NCBI GenBank assembly: GCA_964639235.1
Contig: CAZXDN010000006.1
Span: 7,477 to 71,476 of the forward strand
From: an uncultured Methanotrichaceae archaeon
GTDB taxonomy: Archaea > Halobacteriota > Methanosarcinia > Methanotrichales > Methanotrichaceae
Direction: 5' to 3'
DNA length: 64,000 nt
A program made the position numbers and the translations under genes. Of this stretch, positions 37,573-45,494 are shown piece after piece (the stretch's first letter is position 1; every line of letters starts with the position of its first letter). The notes beneath the pieces were generated by a model. It did no database searches and was not told the DNA's origin. It worked only from the letters and a program-made list of their open reading frames with translations.

Positions 37573-38412
37573 TTATGCAGCACCTATATTGTTTGCTATC
37601 GAGTTCATAGCTGCCGCATTTTGTTCTGCTGTGACTGGGGATAGGGCTCCCGTCTCTGATGATGGTGCGCTGCCGGAGACCACAGGCGCGCTCTCATCGG
37701 ATGTGGCAAGTTCCTCGAAGGACGTCTCGTCAACCGATGTCAGGCCTATGCTCTGGTTTACCACGTCTTCGAATGTGGTCTCATTGTTCGCTGTTGTGCT
37801 CGTGGTTCCTGCAGGCGTGATCAGAACTGGCGGGAAGCTTGGGGTTGGAGTGAGCGGCGCTCCTGCAGAGGCTGCTGGCACATATCTCGTTATTATGTTT
37901 CCTGTGTTGTCAGTGAGGATGATTGCTCCATTTGGATCGCTGAAGAAGGGAGTCTGGCTGTTCATGTAGATGTCTGAGGCAGTGCTCTGTCCAGGCCCCT
38001 GGTGGACTCTGACGCTTCCTCCAACTGGCAGGATGACTGCAGGAAAGGTGTATGTCAGGTTCTGGCTGTTTATCAGCATGAAGCCTGAGATGTTTCTCTC
38101 CACGATCCCCTCGTTTGTGATCTGTGCCCACCTGTCTCCTGCGAAGTTGACTGCGCTTATGTTCATGGCCTCGCCTGGGTTGGTTGTGAAGACCTGGCTC
38201 ACATCCGCAAGCCTCGTCACATCTGTTGTGTTTCCAATCTCTGATATGTTCAGCTGGGCTGTGGCATTGTCCAGAGTAGTGCCGGAAATAAGCTCCTGTG
38301 AGGTCGGCTGGTTTACACCAACGTCTGCAGCGCTCTGTGCAGCAGCAAGCCCTGGGAGCAGAGCCATGAAGGCCACGAGGATGGTCAGTATGTTCAAAGA
38401 AGATATTTTCAT
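37573..38412 (-). CDS. Secreted lamin-tail-domain (LTD) protein, paralogue 2, with a low-complexity C-terminal tail
   Basis: The signal peptide is MKISSLNILTILVAFMALLPGLAAA. The N-terminal stretch is rich in sequons (NATAQLNISEIGNTT). The LTD pattern is GDRWAQITNEGIVERNISGFMLINSQNLTYTF...GGSVRVHQGPG...NGAIILTDNTGNII. Confidence 0.65.
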   Translation of the reverse strand: MKISSLNILTILVAFMALLPGLAAAQSAADVGVNQPTSQELISGTTLDNATAQLNISEIGNTTDVTRLADVSQVFTTNPGEAMNISAVNFAGDRWAQITNEGIVERNISGFMLINSQNLTYTFPAVILPVGGSVRVHQGPGQSTASDIYMNSQTPFFSDPNGAIILTDNTGNIITRYVPAASAGAPLTPTPSFPPVLITPAGTTSTTANNETTFEDVVNQSIGLTSVDETSFEELATSDESAPVVSGSAPSSETGALSPVTAEQNAAAMNSIANNIGAA

Positions 38413-38445
38413 TTATGCACCTCTGCTACAATAGTATACATTCAT

Positions 38446-38471
38446 AAAAACTTAAGCTTTTCCAAAAATTT
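38446..38471 (-). promoter_or_regulatory. Shared promoter block of the LTD cluster (copy 2)
   Basis: On the minus strand it reads AAATTTTTGGAAAAGCTTAAGTTTTT, about 40 nt upstream of the ATG at 38412. Confidence 0.4.
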
Positions 38472-38682
38472 GTCCTGGCATGATGAGGGCATGTTGCCGG
38501 TCAAAGCTCTCTATTGGGCGGAGATGAGATCACTAATTTTGTTTCGATTGATGCGCTTACATTCAGTTGGGATGGACGGGACTAAAAGCATACAGTCAAA
38601 TTTAAATTAAAAAAGGATAGGGTTAGTGAGCCCTACCTCTCTGAAGCTTGAGCCTGATTGGCATCAGACTGAAGCTCGCGTT

Positions 38683-38910
38683 CTACTCTTCCTCTTCTTC
38701 CTCAGCGGTTACGTTCTCAGCTGCAACGTCCTCAGTTGTGACGTTCTCTGCAGTGATGTTCTCCACAGTGACGTTCTCTGTGGTGTTGTTTGCTGTGGTG
38801 TTGTTTGCGGTTACATTCTCTGAGACGTTCTCTTCTGCGAATGCTGCACCCATAGCGAGAGCCAGGAGAGCTGAGAAGAGCAGCAGTCCATATGCCATTG
38901 AACTTTTCAT
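38683..38910 (-). CDS. 75-aa secreted acidic micro-protein built from N-x-T sequon repeats
   Basis: The signal peptide is MKSSMAYGLLLFSALLALAMGAAFA. The mature peptide is EENVSENVTANNTTANNTTENVTVENITAENVTTEDVAAENVTAEEEEEE. It has an AAGGGGTG SD and the same promoter block as the LTD genes. Confidence 0.55.
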   Translation of the reverse strand: MKSSMAYGLLLFSALLALAMGAAFAEENVSENVTANNTTANNTTENVTVENITAENVTTEDVAAENVTAEEEEEE

Positions 38911-38958
38911 TTATACACCCCTTTTCTTAAGTTTTGACGGCGAGCTATCGAGTAGATC

Positions 38959-38983
38959 TATATTTAAACTTTTCTCTAAAAAG
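38959..38983 (-). promoter_or_regulatory. Shared promoter block of the LTD cluster (copy 3)
   Basis: On the minus strand it reads CTTTTTAGAGAAAAGTTTAAATATA, about 50 nt upstream of the ATG at 38910. Confidence 0.45.
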
Positions 38984-39455
38984 AACCAATATATAATTGA
39001 AAAACAAAAAATATTTTGCGTTATCTGGAAAGTCTCATATTATTTAACCGATTTATTCAAAATATGTATATCGTTCTATCGCTGCTTTATAAAAACAGGC
39101 ATCTCATGGAATGGATCTGTGCACCTCGATTATAACTGGCAATAATCCTTTTGGCACAGGATATTTGGGGATTTAGCTTGCCAATTCAAGGCTTAATCCT
39201 GTTTAGATGAACCGCTTTTGCCTTCATCTAGCATAAAAGCCGCCATTTACAGGCGACCCTGCGCGAGCGTCAGGCTCCTTTTTCTACGCTGGTTGAGCAC
39301 ATGTGGTTTTGAAAGAGACTGCCTGCAAAGCAGGGATTTTGCTTTCGGACCCAATTTAAGCCTTTATCCAAAGAACTGATTTGCAGGGCATGAGCCCTGC
39401 AGAAGATGGTTTTCTTTGCTATGTCGCGTTTTTAGCCTCGTTTGTAAACTTCTCT

Positions 39456-39893
39456 TCAAGGCCAGACTGCCACGGTGTCTTCGCCGTTCTCAAGGCTGAC
39501 CTGGGATGGCTCCTCTGTGAACATTGTCTCGTTTCCTGTGTACAGGTCTGTCTGGCTGTCTGTCCCGGCTCCAGCGTGGACTGCGACTGTGCTGTTGGCG
39601 TCGAGAGTGAACTCCTTGAACGTGTATATCGAGCTGAAGCTGTCGCCCATAGCTATTCCCAGGACATATCCTGTCAGATCAACCGGCTCTTCTCCGGCGT
39701 TTGAGATCCTCACGTACTGCTCTACTGGAAGATAGCTGACCTCTGCTATGGAGATTGTCTCGTTGGAGGCCTCTACTGTCGCGTTGCCGGCGGATTCGTT
39801 CTCTGTCTGGTTTAATGCGGCGTCGTCTTGCGCAATGGCCAGGCAAGTGGTCAGCGCAAAGATGAGCATCAATCCATAAATTGCGTTCTTCAT
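39456..39893 (-). CDS. Secreted lamin-tail-domain (LTD) protein, paralogue 3
   Basis: The signal peptide is MKNAIYGLMLIFALTTCLAIA. Sequons include NQTENESAGNATVEASNETIS. The LTD pattern is EQYVRISNAGEEPVDLTGYVLG...YTFKEFTLDANSTVAVHAGAG...LENGEDTVAVW. Confidence 0.7.
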   Translation of the reverse strand: MKNAIYGLMLIFALTTCLAIAQDDAALNQTENESAGNATVEASNETISIAEVSYLPVEQYVRISNAGEEPVDLTGYVLGIAMGDSFSSIYTFKEFTLDANSTVAVHAGAGTDSQTDLYTGNETMFTEEPSQVSLENGEDTVAVWP

Positions 39894-39933
39894 TTATTTA
39901 CCCCTTTTCAATTAATCCATATGTATGAGATAT

Positions 39934-39960
39934 CTATTTGAACTTTTCCTTAAAAATATT
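39934..39960 (-). promoter_or_regulatory. Shared promoter block of the LTD cluster (copy 4)
   Basis: On the minus strand it reads AATATTTTTAAGGAAAAGTTCAAATAG, about 45 nt upstream of the ATG at 39893. Confidence 0.45.
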
Positions 39961-40110
39961 AAATGTATTTTGTAAGAAGTAGAAGATGGCGAATATTCGT
40001 GTGATGCCAGACGAATTGCTTTGAATTGGGCAAAATTCTGGGGATGTCAGCCTCTGGAGAGGTTTGGATCTTGAGGATTAGATCTTAAAAAACGGGCTCT
40101 TAAAGCTTCA

Positions 40111-40530
40111 TCAGTCCAGCTCCAGCGTCTCCCATTCCACAGCTCCTGCAAGGACTGCCTCTCTCACTTTCTTCTCTGCAGGGCTGAGCTTTGCGTTTCC
40201 CGTCTTCACGTCCATCAGAACTATCCTGCGTATGCTGCAGTCGCCATCTTTTGCCTCTGAGTAGCCGTCGAAGATGACGTAGTCTATAGGGCTTCCTATG
40301 AATCTGGCATCCGCCGGGTTGTGCCTGAAGCCTGGGAGGAGCGGCGCCATCTGCTCTCCAATCTTTCCTTTTAGGACTGCGCGGCTCTTTCCAACTGCCT
40401 GCTTTCTAACCTGCCTCTCAGAGCTCTTCACCAGGATGTAGCAGATCAGTCCTCCCAGGAGCGCTCCTGCCAGGATGCCTGGAAGCTGCCAGTAGAGGAA
40501 GTAGAGCGCTGCGGAAGCGTAGTCTGTCAT
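40111..40530 (-). CDS. Membrane-anchored endonuclease related to archaeal Holliday-junction resolvase (Endonuc_Holl-like)
   Basis: An N-terminal TM helix (LPGILAGALLGGLICYILV) is followed by KGKIGEQMAPLLPGFRHNPADARFIGSPIDYVIFDG...VLMDVKTGNAKLSPAEKKVREAV. This is the pattern of the COG4741 family as I recall it. Confidence 0.6.
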   Translation of the reverse strand: MTDYASAALYFLYWQLPGILAGALLGGLICYILVKSSERQVRKQAVGKSRAVLKGKIGEQMAPLLPGFRHNPADARFIGSPIDYVIFDGYSEAKDGDCSIRRIVLMDVKTGNAKLSPAEKKVREAVLAGAVEWETLELD

Positions 40531-40535
40531 GAGGA

Positions 40536-41870
40536 TCAGCTCCTGCTGTGCTCCTCACAGAGGTCGATGAACTTGCTCACCGAGAAGGTGGAGAAGTGGG
40601 CATGCAGATAGCTTCCAAGGGTGCTGTGCTCCACAAGGCCGTCTCTGCCGTCAGAGATACCCTTTCCTCTCCTGAGCCTGTATGCGAACCTGGCATCGTT
40701 CTCTATCTCGACTCTGGAGTAGTGGAACTCGTGCCCGCGCGCTCGCTTGCCCACTGAGGCCACCGGGTTTTCTCCAACGACCTCGGCCTCTACATATCCC
40801 AGAGCCTGGAGGCGCTTAGTCATGATGGTCTTGGCAGGCAAGGCTCCTGCCATCTTGTGATGTATCCCCTCCTGGTCTATCTCCTGGGTGAGGTAGATCA
40901 GGCCGCCGCACTCTCCATATATGGGCATGCCGTCTTCTGAAGCCCTCTTTATCTGCATCCTGGCACTGGAGTTCTCAAGCTCCTCTATGTGCAGCTCAGG
41001 GTATCCACCGCCCAGGTACAGGCCATCGACGTCAGGAAGGTCGTCTCTCATGGGGCTGAAGAAGACCAGGTCTGCTCCCAGGCGCCTCAGGCTCTCGAAG
41101 TTCTCCTGGTAGTAGAAGCAGAAGGCCTCGTCAAAGGCCACTCCTATTCTTGCCCGAATAGGACTTTCTGCCTGGTCTGTGAATTCTGGGACCTTGCACC
41201 TCATCTCCAGCACGCTGTCCAGGTCTGAGTTCTCCTCTATCAGCGCTGCGAGCGCCTTGAGGTTGTGGTCGCTCTCAAAGCCCATCTCCAGGCCCAGGTG
41301 TCTGCTGGGAAGAGAGACCTCCTGCTTCCTGGGTATGGCCCCGATGACCGGAAGCTTCAGGCAGCTCTTGAGCATGGACAGGTGCCTATCGCTTCCCACC
41401 CTGTTGAGGAGGGTGCCCTCTATCCTGACTCCTGGATCGAAGCTCTTGAAGCCAAGCTCCAGAGCCGCTGCGCTCCTTGAGGCGCCGTGAACGTTTATGA
41501 CCAGGAGCACAGGCACATCGAGAGCCCTGGCCACTTCAGCAGTGGAGGCCGCATCTGTGCCGTCTAAACCGTCGTAGAGTCCCATCACGCCCTCGATCAC
41601 CGCGACGTCTGCGCCCTTAACGCCTCTGGCAAAGGCGTTTCTCACTCCGTCTGTTCCCATCATGTAGGTGTCGAGGTTGAGAGAGGGCCTGCCGCATATC
41701 GCAGAGTGGTGCGACGGGTCTATGAAGTCCGGGCCGACCTTGAAGGGCTGGACTTTGAGCCCGCGCTCCTTCAATGCCGCCATCAGCCCCAGGGTCACTG
41801 TGGTCTTGCCCACGCCGCTGTGGGTCCCGGCTATGAGCACTGCAGGTATTTCATCTGGTGTTAGATCCAT
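40536..41870 (-). CDS. cbiA: Cobyrinate (or Ni-sirohydrochlorin) a,c-diamide synthase, CbiA/CfbB family
   Basis: It has the N-terminal P-loop AGTHSGVGKTTVT and a C-terminal glutamine amidotransferase domain with GECGGLIYL and GHEFHYS. The sequence alone cannot distinguish the B12 paralogue (CbiA) from the F430 paralogue (CfbB). Confidence 0.85.
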   Translation of the reverse strand: MDLTPDEIPAVLIAGTHSGVGKTTVTLGLMAALKERGLKVQPFKVGPDFIDPSHHSAICGRPSLNLDTYMMGTDGVRNAFARGVKGADVAVIEGVMGLYDGLDGTDAASTAEVARALDVPVLLVINVHGASRSAAALELGFKSFDPGVRIEGTLLNRVGSDRHLSMLKSCLKLPVIGAIPRKQEVSLPSRHLGLEMGFESDHNLKALAALIEENSDLDSVLEMRCKVPEFTDQAESPIRARIGVAFDEAFCFYYQENFESLRRLGADLVFFSPMRDDLPDVDGLYLGGGYPELHIEELENSSARMQIKRASEDGMPIYGECGGLIYLTQEIDQEGIHHKMAGALPAKTIMTKRLQALGYVEAEVVGENPVASVGKRARGHEFHYSRVEIENDARFAYRLRRGKGISDGRDGLVEHSTLGSYLHAHFSTFSVSKFIDLCEEHSRS

Positions 41871-41925
41871 TTTGCTTGCGTCCCATCTGGTAAAGGATAT
41901 TAACTCGACTTATAGATTACCTGTC

Positions 41926-42657
41926 ATGCAAGTTGGTGTGGTCACCAGGGGCAAGTATGGAGAGCGCCTGATCGAGACCATCAAGCAGAGGACCGGGTTT
42001 GACGTGGTCTCTGCAGAGGTGCCTGAGCACCTTCCTGGGTTCATAGAGGACCCTGAGGCCTTCCTCCAGGACCTGAACCTGGACGAGAGGATATTCGATT
42101 CTGACATACTGATTCTGTACACATTCCACCCTGACCTGACGCCTGAGATCATCAGAATGGCAGGGAAAAATGGAGTGAAGGCTGCCATAGTTCCAGGAGG
42201 AATTGCAAGAGCTGGGTCTATTGGAGAGCTTGAGGCCATCTCCAAGAAGTACAACATCTACGTAGAGGTGGACGAGATCTGCTGCACTCTTGAAGAGTGC
42301 GGAGTGCCTGAGCTCGACAGGTTCGCCAGGGTTCTTGGAAGGCCTGAGCTTGAGGTGGAGACTGAAAGTGGAAAGATAAAGTCTGTAAAGGTGATCAGGG
42401 GCTCTCCTTGCGGCAGCACCTGGCACATGGCCAAGGAGCTTGTGGGAAAGACTGTGGATGAGGCTCCAGCCTGGGCCGGCCTCTCATGTCAGCAGTATCC
42501 CTGCAGGGCGGTTCGCGGAACTCCTGGAGGAATACACACATCTGGAGACCTTCACAAAGACGCGATGGAAAGAGCCCTAGGGCAAAAAACGCGCCTCGAG
42601 ATTCCTAAGCAGTCCAGGCCAATCAAGATCAAGAGGGATGGGGTTGAGGCGCTCTGA
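41926..42657 (+). CDS. DUF166 family protein (conserved archaeal, function unknown)
   Basis: The Met at 41926 (MQVGVVTRGKYGERLIETIK...) is used. The longer ORF from 41668 is antisense to cbiA. Cys-rich motifs (EICCTLEECG, GSPCGSTWHM) fit my recollection of DUF166. Confidence 0.6.
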   Translation: MQVGVVTRGKYGERLIETIKQRTGFDVVSAEVPEHLPGFIEDPEAFLQDLNLDERIFDSDILILYTFHPDLTPEIIRMAGKNGVKAAIVPGGIARAGSIGELEAISKKYNIYVEVDEICCTLEECGVPELDRFARVLGRPELEVETESGKIKSVKVIRGSPCGSTWHMAKELVGKTVDEAPAWAGLSCQQYPCRAVRGTPGGIHTSGDLHKDAMERALGQKTRLEIPKQSRPIKIKRDGVEAL

Positions 42658-43474
42658 TGTCGTGGAGGCAACTGTCTTCGTCTTGTCCCAGGCAGAGATC
42701 CATCTCCCACCCTGGGTGGCAGGGCTGATTCGCGAATCCCTGGAAAAAGAGTCAAACCCTCTGGCCAGGTCTCACCTTAAGGCCATACTCGAGAACATCG
42801 AGACGGCATCCAGGAAGAAGCTTCCAATCTGCCAGGACACAGGACTTCCAATATTTCACATCGAGGTCGGACGCGACCTCTTCCTGAGTTTCGACTTAAA
42901 AGAGGCGATAGCTGACGGCGTGAGAACTGCTACAGAGGAAGTGCCTCTGAGGCCCAACGCCGTAGATCCCCTGACAAGGAAGAACACTGGGGACAACACG
43001 GGACAGGGAATTCCCGACATCATAACGGACTATGTCAAAGGAGATAAGCTGCGGATAACTGCATTTCCCAAGGGAGCCGGTTCTGAGAACATGAGCCTGA
43101 TAGGAATGCTCAATCCCGCAGACGACCCTCTTGACTTCGTAGTTCGCTCTGTGGCAGATAGGGCCTCAAACGCCTGCCCTCCAGTGTTCGTCGGAGTAGG
43201 AATTGGCGGGACCTTCGACCTGGCAGCAAGGCTTGCCAAAAGGGCTCTTCTGAACATGCCCGGAGGCTCAGACCAGGAGCGATCCCTCCTCGCCAGGATA
43301 AACCTCCTGGGGATAGGCCCAATGGGGCTTGGAGGAGACACAACTGCCCTGGGAGTGAAGATCGAGAAGGCCATGTGCCACACTGCATCTCTTCCTGTGG
43401 CCATAAACTTCCAGTGCTGGGCAAACAGGTCAGCATCAGCCCTAATCGGGGAGGATGGATGGAGCGCAGATTAA
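42638..43474 (+). CDS. Class I fumarate hydratase, alpha (N-terminal) subunit
   Basis: LPICQDTGLPIF, the Fe-S ligand motif region, is present. The length is 278 aa, and it is followed by and overlaps the beta subunit. Confidence 0.85.
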   Translation: MGLRRSDVVEATVFVLSQAEIHLPPWVAGLIRESLEKESNPLARSHLKAILENIETASRKKLPICQDTGLPIFHIEVGRDLFLSFDLKEAIADGVRTATEEVPLRPNAVDPLTRKNTGDNTGQGIPDIITDYVKGDKLRITAFPKGAGSENMSLIGMLNPADDPLDFVVRSVADRASNACPPVFVGVGIGGTFDLAARLAKRALLNMPGGSDQERSLLARINLLGIGPMGLGGDTTALGVKIEKAMCHTASLPVAINFQCWANRSASALIGEDGWSAD

Positions 43475-44001
43475 AGACGCCTCTAACTCTCCAGGACATT
43501 GAGGCGCTGCATGCGGGAGACACCGTCTTTTTGAGCGGCAGGATCTTCACTGCAAGGGACAAGGCTCACGCCCTCATGAGGTCTCTGGGATGCCTGCCTG
43601 TGGACCTATCGGGAGCCGCCATCTACCACTGCGGCCCTCTGATCAAAGGGGATAAGGTCATCTCGGCCGGTCCTACCACCAGCGGGAGGATGTCCAGGTA
43701 CTCCAAGGAGATCGTGGACAGAGGCGTGCGGGCGATAATTGGGAAAGGCGGCGTTCCTGGAGAGCCCCTGGAAGGAAGATGCGTGTACCTGGCCTACCCT
43801 GGGGGATGTGGCGCTGCTGCTGCAGGTCAGCTTGAGGTCAAAGGAGTTCACCTTGAGGAGCTTGGGATGGCAGAGGCCATGTGGGAGTTCGAGGCCAGAG
43901 ATCTCGGCCCATTGGTCGTGGCCATAGACCTTCACGGACGGGACATGTACAGGGATGTCAAGAGGTCAGTACAAGAGAGGTTGAATTCTGAGCATAGATA
44001 A
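43459..44001 (+). CDS. Class I fumarate hydratase, beta (C-terminal) subunit
   Basis: GDTVFLSGRIFTARDKAH and IIGKGG motifs are present. The Met at 43459 gives 180 aa and overlaps the alpha subunit by 16 nt. Confidence 0.85.
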   Translation: MERRLKTPLTLQDIEALHAGDTVFLSGRIFTARDKAHALMRSLGCLPVDLSGAAIYHCGPLIKGDKVISAGPTTSGRMSRYSKEIVDRGVRAIIGKGGVPGEPLEGRCVYLAYPGGCGAAAAGQLEVKGVHLEELGMAEAMWEFEARDLGPLVVAIDLHGRDMYRDVKRSVQERLNSEHR

Positions 44002-44116
44002 CTCGCTGAGGGATGCGGCGCAGGACCTGCGCTATCTCCTGAACAGGGGATACCCGAAGGAGCCTTCAGTCAGGTTCGTCTCGGACCACCACAGGCTCCC
44101 CCTTGGCCAGAGGTTC

Positions 44117-44638
44117 GTGCTCTCAAGAGTCGTCCTCTCTTCAGACCTGGCATGTGCCAGGCGAGAGAAAGCCATCAGATTGGATGATCTGGACCAGAGG
44201 GCGCTCTACATCGATGGGCACAACGTGATCATCACTACAGAGAGCCTCCTGGGATTAAAGCCGGTCTACCTCTGCGACGACGGCTTCTTGCGCGATGCTG
44301 AAGGGGTGTTCAGGCATCACAGGCTCTCTGACCTGACTTATCTTGCTGTTTCTGAAATTTTGTCCCTCGTTGCAGGCGCAAATTCCTCCAATGTCACTTT
44401 TCTCCTCGACGAGCAGATGAGCAGGAGCGGAGAGCTGGCCATGCACATCAGAGGGGCGATGGAAGACCGCTCTGTTTTTGGGACTGCAGCTACTGCCAGA
44501 GATGTGGACTTCCTTCTCAAGGCGTCGCCAGGGCCTGTGGCCACAGCTGACGGCAGCATAATCGACTCGTCTTCGGAGGTAGTGGATATCCCTGCAGAGC
44601 TGGCGAGGAGGATGTCTATCCAGCCGCTGGTTCTGTGA
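44117..44638 (+). CDS. DUF434-like protein; the true 5' end probably lies upstream (open frame from 43985)
   Basis: The first canonical start is the GTG at 44117. The same frame is open and protein-like for 44 more codons upstream (ILSIDNSLRDAAQDLRYLLNRGYPKEPSVRFVSDHHRLPLGQRF) with no ATG, GTG or TTG. Confidence 0.55.
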   Translation: MLSRVVLSSDLACARREKAIRLDDLDQRALYIDGHNVIITTESLLGLKPVYLCDDGFLRDAEGVFRHHRLSDLTYLAVSEILSLVAGANSSNVTFLLDEQMSRSGELAMHIRGAMEDRSVFGTAATARDVDFLLKASPGPVATADGSIIDSSSEVVDIPAELARRMSIQPLVL

Positions 44639-44662
44639 GGCGTGCGCAGCGGTGTCTGGGCT

Positions 44663-44704
44663 TATGTGAGGTCGGCTGTGTGAGGTCTGCTATTTGAGAT
44701 TGGC
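44663..44704. repeat. Three tandem 14-bp repeats
   Basis: TATGTGAGGTCGGC TGTGTGAGGTCTGC TATTTGAGATTGGC was read directly from the sequence. It starts 25 bp after the DUF434 stop. Confidence 0.8.
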
Positions 44705-44907
44705 TTTGGCCTGGGGCTGGCACAGGGCAATTTGTCCAAATCAGAGTAATTATTTTGATATCGTATTCTTTTTTCTCTGACCAATTTATCGGGATGCATT
44801 GGATTTGTCCTGAGAACGCCAGTTTGAGAAACCGATCGCTATCTTTATAATATAGTTACTTATTATGTATGTGTGGGGTTGTAAACAGCAATATCTGGTG
44901 AGCAGCA

Positions 44908-45357
44908 ATGAAGGGAACAAAGATAGCGATGGCCGTGCTGGCCTTCCTGTCGTTGGTGGCGGTTGGAGGGGCGTATACTCCTTTCTTCATTCCGCTGAGC
45001 GAGCACACGATGGCCAAGAACGTAAACGACTGTTCTTTGCCGGTACAGAGGACCTACTCTTTCTCGACTCATGATGAACATGCAGTCTCATGGCTCAACA
45101 TCTGGAAGGATGGAAAGCCCCATTCTGTGGAATGGAGATGGTACTACCCACAGGGCGGCGTCTATTCGCGATCGTTCGACGTCATACCCTCGATAGATGG
45201 CTTTATCGGGTCATGGAACTCTCCAGTCTGGGCATGCATGAAGATCAAGGGGTGTGACGCTGAGCGCCTTCCGGGCCTGTGGAAGGTAGACGTCATAGTC
45301 GATTACAGGAAGGTTCTGACAGAGTACTTCACAATAGGCTGCAAAGAGGACTGCTGA
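44908..45357 (+). CDS. Small secreted protein of unknown function
   Basis: The signal peptide is MKGTKIAMAVLAFLSLVAVGGA. The 149-aa product is Trp-rich. A TATA-like CTTTATAATA lies upstream. Confidence 0.55.
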   Translation: MKGTKIAMAVLAFLSLVAVGGAYTPFFIPLSEHTMAKNVNDCSLPVQRTYSFSTHDEHAVSWLNIWKDGKPHSVEWRWYYPQGGVYSRSFDVIPSIDGFIGSWNSPVWACMKIKGCDAERLPGLWKVDVIVDYRKVLTEYFTIGCKEDC

Positions 45358-45494
45358 GAAAGGCGCTTGAGTGCCTGGCTCTTCTGACGCGCCTCTGACG
45401 CGCCGGCTTAGCTCTGCTCTTCTCTTCCCCTTAAAATCTTCTGGCGGCTGAATTTATTAACTATCAAGTTTACTTTATCTGCGGTGCTTGACCA

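Noticed and set aside
37211-37610. Two overlapping plus-strand ORFs (72 aa and 105 aa) in the spacer between LTD paralogues 1 and 2.
   Set aside because: They are Arg-rich, lack motifs, have no SD, and run opposite to the cluster orientation. They are more likely non-coding spacer or decayed sequence.
38648-39145. A 165-aa plus-strand ORF with SSSSS/VTFS repeats.
   Set aside because: It is the complement of the sequon-repeat micro-protein gene plus AT-rich spacer. It has low complexity and no SD, whereas the minus-strand ORF has a signal peptide, an SD and the shared promoter block.
41668-41925. A 5' extension of the DUF166 ORF, giving a 329-aa version.
   Set aside because: The extension is antisense to the well-supported cbiA-type gene and has odd composition. 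A Met at 41926 begins the conserved MQVGVVTRGKYG N-terminus.
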